From Bugula neritina (taxonomy: Eukaryota; Animalia; Bryozoa), in the NCBI GenBank assembly GCA_964035545.1, contig CAXIUT010000166.1, forward strand, positions 1 through 13,883: a DNA stretch of 13,883 nucleotides, given 5' to 3'. How positions within the stretch are numbered: position 1 is the first letter of the stretch; each line of letters starts with the position of its first letter. Made by a program: the position numbers and the translations under genes. Positions 1 to 8,921 of this stretch are shown piece after piece. Below the pieces are notes generated by a model that did not search any database, was not told the origin of the DNA, and saw only the letters and a program-made list of their open reading frames with translations.

Positions 1-93
1 CCCAACCCCCAACCCAACCCCAACCCCAACCCCAACCCCAACCCCAACCCCAACCCCAACCCCAACCCCAACCCCAACCCCAACCCCAACCCC
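1..93 (+). repeat. Telomere, (CCCCAA)n / TTGGGG type, ~15 repeats, chromosome end
   Basis: Tandem CCCCAA from base 1 to 93, C-rich strand at the 5' end. This is the repeat known from Tetrahymena-type ciliates. Irregular C5 and C3 units occur in the first 17 nt. Confidence 0.97.
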
Positions 94-125
94 TTATTCT
101 GACTGTTTATTTATAATATTTAAAA

Positions 126-3100
126 ATGTATCAACATAATTTGATGAAACCTCCTTCTATCTTCGAAGATATGGTCTCTCAAGACTCATAAAACTTTACA
201 CATAGATCTAACAATCGTAGTCTATCTAATAAAGGTGGTAGAAAAGAAAATACTATTCGTATCGGATCTAATTCTAGATAACAAAACCATCATTCAAAAG
301 AACATGATACAGATTCAGTCCATTCTGTTACTTCGAATAAATCAAAAAATAAAAAAACTAAAGAAAACAGTCTAGCACGACCTAAAATAACTTCATCACC
401 CAAACAATAACATTAAGATGATAACCAATCAGCCCACTCCACAGGATCAAGAAACTCACATAAAAGCAAAAAGAAATAAAATACAATAATGCCAAAACCT
501 AAAATAGATTACAACAAACCTAAATACTAACAACATAGTCCTCAAAATAAACCCATTCCTAACTTCAAATAAGCTCTCAATATAGATTAATAGTCAGTTA
601 TTAACACCTATAACATACACTCTAAAAAATAAAATAAAGATCATTAATCTCTCAAAAAAAATAACAAATCATTATCTAAATAAAAATAAAATAATGCTAA
701 ATATGCTCCCTTTGTATCAATATAACAACAAAATAACTATCATGATGATTAACCTGTCATTAAGCTATAATAGCCAAAATAAAATAAACATCAGATTGTT
801 AGAAAACCTGAATAAAAAATAAGAAAAAACTAATAAAAAGTTTATAAAGTATAATAGAGTTCTAATTTTGATGAAAGTAATGTAGTTTATGGATAAAGTA
901 AAATATCTAAAAGTAAAAGCAGAAGAAGAATATTTTAAAAAAATAATCAATAAAGTAATTAATCAAGAATGACTTTTACGATCAATTAATCATCAATATC
1001 AGGTCTATAAGACACCACTCGTAGAAAAAGTAAAAGTAGATTAAGATAACTTTACCAAAGTAGTAAATAAAAATAAAAAAAATAAAGATAAAATAGTACA
1101 TAACGTATTTAAAATAATTCTAATCATTTAATATCTATAGGACCTTTAGCACTTTAATCTAAATAATTAAATAAGTCAAATGTAAAGCCAACAACAGGTC
1201 ACAACAGTAGAATGGTTCCTTTATAGAAAAAGGTTTTATCAAATGATAATGATGATTTTAGTATGGACGAATCTAAATCAGATCTTAATTTATCTACTAG
1301 TGGTCATATAGTTAAAGGAGATTACAAAGATAGAGATTCACTAATTTTTCAATTTGAGCCATAAAAGAAAAAAGGAATGAGTATTACTTCTAAAAATCAA
1401 AAATATCAATAAAAAGATATGATCAATATCAAAAATAATAACTTAGCTTCAGTAAAAAATTAACAAGGAAACAAAGATATGATCAATATGGGTGGCAATC
1501 AACTAGTATCGAAATAACTACAAGATATACAAAAAATACTTCATAAAAATAATTAAATTTTGAAAAATAATTAATATAGAAAACAGGAAACATATTAAAA
1601 GAAAGGATAATATGGTATTTTTAACATAGAAGAGGATTCTTAAAGCAATTGCTTAAATATAGATAATAAAAATTAAAAACCATGGCATTAAGTAGTTAAT
1701 GATTATCAACAAAATGAAACTACTCACATAAAAAAAGTATAGAGAAATGAGAAAATTGTAAATCGATAAGAATAAATCAAAAGATAAAAACAAAGGTAAA
1801 AGTAAAGACAAATATAAAGACAAAAATAAAAGTAAAAGTAAAGAGAAAAAGAAATTTAAAAATAGAGATAGGACGAAAGAAGAAAATAAATATAAATAAA
1901 AGCTAAAAAAGATAAATAAGAGAAGTAAAGATAATTGCGAAGAAAACAGTAAAAAGAATAAAGATAAAGATAGGAAAGATAATTTAAATAAGCTGAACAA
2001 AGACAAAAAGAAAGAATAGAATCATAGAGAAAAAGGAAACAAAAATAAAAAGAAATATAATAAAAGAAAAGAAAATAATAATAGAGAAGATAGGAATAAA
2101 GAATATAATAATAAAGAAGAAGATATTAGGAATAAATGGAATAGAAAAGATTATAGGAATAAAGAAGATTTAAAGAAAGAAGAAAAATGAATCAGAAAGA
2201 ACAAGAATAAAGATAAAGAAGAATAAAAGCTTAGCAATAATAAAATTAAAGAATTTAAAATTAAAGAAGAAGAAAACAAAAATAATAAAATTAACTAAAA
2301 TAAATAAAATTACATAATATACAATCTACTTTTTCAAAAGAATCTTCAGATGGAATGAGCTAAAGTAGTAATAAATCCAATAAAAAAATAAAAAAGAAAA
2401 AATAAAATTCTCTATTTAAAGATAAAAATCATCAAGTATACATTAGAAATCAAAGTCCTAGAGCTTAAGAGTCATTCTATTAATCAAATGTTCAACAATA
2501 GCCCTAAGTTAATCAAAATAAAACATAATAAACTTTTGAACATAAACGATAAGAAAGAAAACCAACAAAATTACTTTCTTTTTCAGATGAAGAGTAACAA
2601 ATAAAACCCAAAGCTAAAACAGATAATAACTTCTATGATCATAATAATTCACAAAAAAGTATGAGACCTCCTTCATCAAAACCTCCTTTATCAAAAAGAA
2701 GCAATCAGTCAGGAGGATCAGTTAGTTCAGTTAAAAAACCTAAATAAAAGACAATAGCTATAAATATAAAATAAAAGAGTTTAAAAAGTAATGAAAATAA
2801 GAGCAAAAAATCACAGAAGAAGATGACTTTAATGTAAAAAGCACTTTTAAAACATAATGAATCAAATGATTCTTATAGTGAAGATAGTTATAGAAGAGAT
2901 GAATTTTCATCATAAAATTCAAGAAGGTCAAATAGTTCTAAAAATTCAAGAACTTCTTCAAAGAAATAATCAACTCTCAATATAAAACCAAGTACTATGA
3001 TTCACTCTAAATATCATAGAAATCCACCTTTAAATAGAAAACAATCAACTCATAGTTCACATTAATAAGAAATGCAATAAATATAAAGAAATAGATCATT

Positions 3101-3725
3101 TGATAGATAAAAATAAAATGATAGATAACGTTCTAGGGAAAGAATAAGATAAAATCAAAACAATATTGCTTATAATAAAGTTATTGTGAGTAAAAATTGT
3201 ACTTTTATTGATTAGAAAGGTAAATTAGTATCAAAAGATTTACTAATCAAAGGTAATTCTGTTTATGGAGGAGCATCCAATATTGATAGCTCAGATCAAT
3301 CTGTTATTTCAAGAATGAAAAGAAGTAGAGATGATAGAAAGAAAAGATCAAGATCAAGGTAACATAATAAACTTAGTAGAAAACTTTCTAGAGAAGGAAG
3401 TTAGGATTAATCGAATAACTAAAGTTCATACAATGGAAGTTTCTATAACAATTCTAGTTCACAACCTTACTATAATAACCAATCAGGTTCAACTTATACT
3501 GGATATTCTAATAATCGAAACGACAATGCTTTAAGATAGTTTATTAGACCAGTAGAACAAGTACCAATGTACGGAAAAGGAACTAAAAATTAAAAAATAA
3601 GAAAAGAATAGCCTAAAACATTAAATGATATGTTTGTAAGGAAACAACCTCAAAATAACTTAGGAAGCAGCAATGTTAGTAGAAGATCTTTAGGAAGAAC
3701 TGAAAAGAGTAGAAATAGAAAATGA
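126..3725 (+). CDS. Unknown 1199-aa low-complexity protein (S/K/N-rich, likely disordered) with a central E/R/K-rich charged helix
   Basis: One frame with no TGA for 3600 nt from ATG 126 to TGA 3723-3725, with many in-frame TAA/TAG. With TAR=Glu, ~1765-2300 reads like ...KEIEEKKRKEEERREEERIEEERRRYEEEMEEKRLEEERRFKERRK... Confidence 0.88.
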
Positions 3726-3787
3726 TATTAACTAAATTCAATATTTAATAAATATAATTTTTATTTCTTTAGTAATTCAATAAGTTA

Positions 3788-4751
3788 TCAGACCTTCTTC
3801 TCTTTACTGTTTTTCCTTTACAGACGAATCGTCAAATTTTTAGTGCTCTAATGTATCTCCTTCAACCTCTAATATACTAATTCTTGTTGCTTGATCAATT
3901 ATTCTGGCCGAGGATTCTCTCTAAACTTGATTGTCTTGACTAAGCTATGCTAAAATTCCTTAGATAAACTATGAGCAGCTTCCATTTCAATATTTGAATC
4001 TCCAATACAAATCAAATTGGTCACTAACTACATCATTATTGATCTACATTTCTGTCAGTAGTTTTCAAAATACTTTTAAAGGCCTCAATCTTCCATCTGG
4101 CAAAATCTCCAGGAAACTCCTAACCATACATCGATCTGGCAGAAATAATGGTAATAGAACTGCCAAAAATAACACTATGAGCTTTTGGCAAATAACTATA
4201 TTAATAAATAAATTACATTTTACTACTATACTAAACCCATCCTTTGGCAGCATTGGTGATAATATATATTTTTTATCCCTTTTCAGTGGATCTTTCTAAC
4301 AGCCGATGCGAACATTAATCCAATTTTTACAAAACAGATTTAGTTTAATGCCCAATATCTAAAAATTGGAATGAACTGAGAAAAGTAGTACATAAAATAG
4401 TATCATCCCAGTCAAATATAAAGACTAAATGACCACATATATACTATGCTGATTTTTTTTTCTAGGTTTCTACTCTTATCGTGATTAGCTTATCATCAAT
4501 TTTGACAAGTATCTCGCTCTTATATCATGTGATGTCCTCTGAGAAAAGAAGTTGATATAGTATTTATCGTTTTCAAATTGTTATTATTTTTATAGACGAT
4601 TTTAAGATTACTATTAATCCTACTTAGAGATCCCCAACTTCTAGTAATAACGAGTACGCCATTAATTAGGATTAATATCTTTGTTATTCTTCTTAATCCA
4701 ATCAACAGCCTCCTCTTAAGTCACTTCTACCTTCTTACCATTACTCTCCAT
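3788..4751 (-). CDS. HAD-superfamily-like hydrolase (FDWDDT type), 300 aa, 3 tiny introns
   Basis: Removing introns 4425-4444, 4196-4216 and 4028-4047 gives 903 nt. It encodes IFIFDWDDTILCTTF (DxD motif I), IYIITNAAKGWVEYSSK (motif II), RWKIEAF (Lys motif), LICIGDSNIEMEAA (motif IV-like) and KTIKFRENPRPEELIKQ. Confidence 0.88.
4028..4047 (-). other. 20-nt spliceosomal intron (GTAGATCAATAATGATGTAG)
   Basis: GTA...TAG; contains an in-frame TGA; removal restores the frame into LVTNLICIGDS. Confidence 0.88.
4196..4216 (-). other. 21-nt (3n) intron (GTAATTTATTTATTAATATAG)
   Basis: GTA...TAG with an entirely A/T interior. Removal gives GWVEYSSKIYLPK; retention would insert 7 residues with no stop. 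Confidence 0.75.
4425..4444 (-). other. 20-nt intron (GTATATATGTGGTCATTTAG)
   Basis: GTA...TAG; needed to join the N-terminal frame to HIFIFDWDDT. Confidence 0.88.
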
Positions 4752-4843
4752 ATTATAACAAATAATACCAAATACCAAATTAATCTTTCAAAGACATCGA
4801 AATAAATAAGAAATAAAATAAAGAAATGATAAGACTTAACAAA

Positions 4844-5245
4844 TCAAACAGCTTGAGAAGATTCTCCGCTTGATTGTTTGGCTCCAGAGACGGGTCCACT
4901 GATGTTGGGAAGGACTCCTCCTTCAGCAATAACGGCATTGTGCAATAGTTTGTTGAGTTCCTCATCATTTCTGATTGCTAAAAGGATGTGTCTGGGGACA
5001 ATTCTGCTCTTTTTGTTGTCCTTAGCAGCGTTTCCGGCCAATTCTAAGACTTCAGCAGCGAGATATTCCATCACAGCTGCAAGATAGACTGGGGCACCAG
5101 CACCAACTCTTTCAGTGTAGTGAGCATTTCTGAGGAGTCTTCCTACTCTTCCTACAGGGAATTGAAGACCAGCTCTTGATGATTTAGAGACTGCCTTTGA
5201 TGAAGTTGTCTTAGCTTTTCCTGATTTTCCACCTTTTCCTGCCAT
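4844..5245 (-). CDS. H2A: Histone H2A, 133 aa, C-terminal SQAV (H2A.X-like motif)
   Basis: [10 protein letters not shown]...[12 protein letters not shown]...[57 protein letters not shown]. The start is ATG 5245, not the 5329 start given in the ORF track. Confidence 0.98.
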   Translation of the reverse strand: MAGKGGKSGKAKTTSSKAVSKSSRAGLQFPVGRVGRLLRNAHYTERVGAGAPVYLAAVMEYLAAEVLELAGNAAKDNKKSRIVPRHILLAIRNDEELNKLLHNAVIAEGGVLPNISGPVSGAKQSSGESSQAV

Positions 5246-5312
5246 TGTAACAAATTGTATATATAATTCAAAATTAACCCCCAAATTTTTACTTGAATTT
5301 ATCCAACTGATT

Positions 5313-5328
5313 TTATTGGAGCCAATCA
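5313..5328. promoter_or_regulatory. Back-to-back CCAAT boxes (TTATTGGA-GCCAATCA) in a 106-nt divergent intergenic region
   Basis: ATTGG at 5315-5319 and CCAAT at 5322-5326 form an inverted pair between H2A and the next gene. CCAAT boxes are established histone promoter elements. Confidence 0.6.
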
Positions 5329-5508
5329 AAATTTAACAACAAATAACAACCATGCAAGCCTTCCTACCTTAGTTATATAACCTAAAAGTCACTTATTGTT
5401 CATCTTCTCAACTTTCCATACGTAAATAGTTTAATTAAACAACAAAAACAAAAGGTTGATCTTGAAGATCAAAGATCCAGAAAATAAAAATCTCTGAAAT
5501 AGAAAATA

Positions 5509-7404
5509 ATGGATAAAAAATCAATTTAGCGATAAAAAAAATAAATGAAAAAGATGAAGAAAAATCATTTTTTTAGCTACTTTGAACTTTTGACCACCCT
5601 CCCATTTATATTCAAATAATATCATTTATAAATGAATGCAATACCGAATTAAGTAGACCCTCTCTGGTGTCTTCCCTATGATACTGACTCAGTATTCAAA
5701 CCCTTCCTGAAAATTCCCTTCTCAACCTATCTTAACAATATCATCAGTAATCAATATTTTCCCGCTTATCAATCATCACTAGCAAAATAGCTACAAGACC
5801 GTTCGTACTGGAATTAAAAAAGCTGGAGACTCATTCAGTATTTTGAATTTTTGAATGAAAGTTTCGATATTAGTGTATGGGACAATCATATCAACTTCAT
5901 AGAAGATAATCACTTAAGAAATATCACTGGGTTCTTCAGGCTATGGATTGATACTGAAAGACTTTATCTGTGTAATTTTTTGAAACTTGATTCAAACTAG
6001 TTCCAATAAGATAGAATCTTTATGACTCTTTTCAGAACTTTAATCTTCTTTAACTCTCTTTTCAATGAATACCTCTTCAATGATTTCGATCCTTCTTTTC
6101 TCGATCAGTTCATTGAATCATCAATAGCTCAAATGCAAACATTTCTTCGAGTAAATACCAATTAGACATCATTGCTAGTGAAAGCTATTGTTTTATTATT
6201 GAAAAATCTTAAAAAGAAAGAAAAAGTTCTTATTTAGTTAAATACTTTACAATCATTAAAGAAAAGCGCATCAATAAAGGTATCAAAAGAAAGCTAGATA
6301 ATAAAAGATGTCTAAGTTAGACTGTCTAATGAAACAATTTTCAAAAATAATATAGATTAATAAATAAGATTAAGAAAGATCAATAAGATAGTATTTCTTG
6401 ATGAATTAACTGAACCAATAAGATCTAAGTATGACCCAATTTACAAGATATAATAAAGTTTTGGCAAAGACTTCTATAAATCATAGATTTAAAAAAAATA
6501 AGACAAACAATAAAAAGAATAAAAGATAAATAAATATAAAAAATAAGTTAAATAAAATAATATTAGTAAATAATAAAGTATCTATAACAACATAAAACAT
6601 AAAGGAAATAATCCATATTCCAGAAGAAATTATCAAATTTATGGATAAATCATTAAAGTCAACATGGAAGATAAAAATAAATATTAAAAACAAAAAATAA
6701 CTTAAATCACTTCAATAGATTAAAGCGATAGATCAAAGTTTTTCTATGACGATAACTTTATCAACTCATTATAAACAGTTGATAACAAATTAGGTCGAGT
6801 CACAACTAAAGACATTAATACAACAACTAAAACCACAGTAAAAAAGGTAAGAGATTTCAAAAACCAAGATGATAATACAAGAGTTTTCAATCTAAAATGG
6901 CATCACAATCCTAACCAAGAAAGATCACAAATAAATGTAGATTAAAGCTAAACAAAAGACTATGATAATAACTTACTATTCAAAAGTCCAATTGAATAAC
7001 AAGTCTTATAAAATAAAAAACATAATCTAGACTATTTAAAATAAAATCATAATGTAAAATCATACACTGTAGCACTTTTATAACAAACTGCTTAAGAAAT
7101 ATATGCACCACAGGCAGCTACTAGTCTAGGAACTCATCTATTCTCAAAGAAAAAACCATCAATTTTAGATATAAAAAACTTTAAAATCATCAATCATAAT
7201 AAATTTGATTTTATGAGGAAAGTTATAGGGTATATGGCCGCTCAAAAAAAAATACATAAAATTATAACACAGAAACAAGTACCAGAATTATATCCTCGGC
7301 AATTCGCAGACGTTAAACAAGAAGCTTATAACCCAATACTGCAACAGTAAAAAATTAACTATGCTATAGATAGAACTAATCCAAAACCTGCTATCTATCT
7401 CTGA
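5509..7404 (+). CDS. Unknown protein, at least 631 aa; 5' end uncertain (may start at ATG 5352 in another frame)
   Basis: Frame is free of TGA from 5311 to the stop at 7402-7404; first in-frame ATG is 5509. The N-terminal half is aromatic-rich and likely folded (PLWCLPYDTDSVFKPFLKIPF, GFFRLWIDTERLYLCNFL). Confidence 0.8.
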
Positions 7405-7470
7405 TTTTTATTTATCCTTACTACCATTTATGAATACTATCTGATAAAATCATACGTTCTAACATCACAA

Positions 7471-8243
7471 TCATGACTCAATTTCCATCTTTTCTGCACT
7501 TCCTTTGAAGTCCTTTAACTTGTCCAAATATTGCTTTATCTCTTCAACTTTTAACAGTCTGAAAGGAGTATCTTTACCAACAATTCCAATCTAAACACTT
7601 TCGCCTTTAAGCTCACCTTCATCACTTGCTGATTTCTTAAGAGCTGCCAAGCCATGGAAAATCAATTATTACTCATTAGACTGCTTGAATTGTCCAAGAT
7701 GATCTTCAAGATAGGTTCTAGCTGATTGAGATCGAGCTCCAATTGAATTAGCATTGAACTCATAGTAGTTTCCACTAGGACAAGTTTCATACAGATGAGG
7801 TCCGTCTTTATCAACACCAGCCACAAGCAATCCAACTCCATATGGCCTTTTTGATGCTTTCTGGGTTTTGATTTGAGATTCTACTTAGAATAAATTTTAC
7901 TTTAAGCAATTTTAAAGATCAATCGACTGAGTGGCTGTCCTGCACCGTATGTTAACTTGTAGTTCATTGACTAATTTCTCATATATTTGCATAAAACTCT
8001 AGCATCAGCGGTCAATCCAGACATGGCCATTCCGATTCCATCATCAACTTTGAAGAGCTTTTCCTGATAACAAGCCAACTCAGAAGGCAACTTTTTCAAA
8101 CTGCATAAGACAACATGTGTATTAGAACGAAGACCCAAGCAAATGGAGCCTTGTTTGACTGCCTACATGGCATATTCGACTTGGAAGAGTTTGCCTTGAG
8201 GAGACCAAGTACAGCAATCTAGATCGTATAGTCCTTTAAGCAT
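7471..8243 (-). CDS. PSMA1: 20S proteasome subunit alpha-6 (alpha type-1, PRE5/PSMA1 ortholog), 250 aa, one intron
   Basis: [91 protein letters not shown]. 753 nt after splicing 7881-7900. Confidence 0.97.
7881..7900 (-). other. 20-nt intron (GTAAAATTTATTCTAAGTAG)
   Basis: Removal restores KIAEKSQIKTQ...RPYGVG in a highly conserved protein. Confidence 0.95.
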
Positions 8244-8335
8244 TGATCAATCTTATTTAAATATTTTTTAAATTATCAAGAGATTCATATGATCCAATAA
8301 ATAAATTAATAACTTAATCTGATCTGTTTATTAGC

Positions 8336-8861
8336 ATGGAGTACAAAAAGAAAAATAGTTTCAATAATAGAAAAAAAAGATCCAACAACGACTAAACCGA
8401 AGACTAAAGCATACTTCAATAAAGTCTAAGCATTCTCTAATATCTTTTCAAATTTAGACTTATCTAAAAAATATCTAGACCCACAGATAGAAAGGTTAGA
8501 GAATAAAAAATTTAAGAGTACGGATAAAGGTTAAAAGATTTACATTAAAAATTATACAAAATAAAGAATTAAATAGTTGAGATGTCATACAATGACAACT
8601 ATAATCCTAAAAATAAAAGCGTTTTTGGATAAATAACCAATAAACCTTCAGATTGGAGAAAAATCATCCGCAACATCTAAACCAAATACAACTAAGTACA
8701 AATATTATAATTAGATTTTAATTGACGGGAGTTACAAGTATTTCAAAAAGGTCGCAGTATCTTTAAATCTAAAATACGATAGTGCTAAAATGGAAACAAT
8801 AAGCATTTAGACTTGGGCAGCTCTTTGCTTAGACAACAAACCAGACGACGCCTGTTGTTGA
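8336..8861 (+). CDS. Unknown 168-aa protein ending ...KPDDACC, one 19-nt intron
   Basis: ATG 8336 runs TGA-free to 8695. Splicing 8696-8714 continues ILIDGSYKYFKK...ACC to a tandem TGA TGA, 60 nt from the convergent neighbour's stop. Confidence 0.72.
8696..8714 (+). other. 19-nt intron (GTACAAATATTATAATTAG)
   Basis: GTA...TAG, AT-rich; retention hits TGA at 8723-8725 and leaves an atypically long intergenic gap. Confidence 0.7.
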
Positions 8862-8921
8862 TGATCTTTTAATTAATAATATCAATAATTATGTATTAGT
8901 TCTAGATTAAAAGAAATATGA

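Noticed and set aside
1-17. Variant telomere units (C5A2, C3A2) as true telomerase variants
   Set aside because: Confined to the extreme end and consistent with homopolymer miscalls. This is also a caution for the frame-break findings.
4621-4680. WRTRYYEKLG resembling an XRN exoribonuclease motif
   Set aside because: The flanking XRN sequence is absent, and the rest of the protein carries HAD motifs.
765-6693. Hydrophobic F/L/I-rich minus-strand ORFs in the track (765-950, 1653-2006, 6481-6693)
   Set aside because: Antisense shadows of A-rich plus-strand genes, not membrane proteins.
1765-7904. Split code TAA=Lys / TAG=Glu, as reported for an oligohymenophorean ciliate
   Set aside because: TAA sits at Glu-type positions (ELIFHGL, PEELIKQ), and Lys would make the charged helix implausibly basic. 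Evidence for TAA is thinner than for TAG but consistent.
7471-8243. Standard ciliate code (TAR=Gln, table 6), suggested by the Tetrahymena-type telomere
   Set aside because: TAR falls at conserved Glu sites, while conserved Gln sites (SPQG, KQG, RSQS) use CAA.
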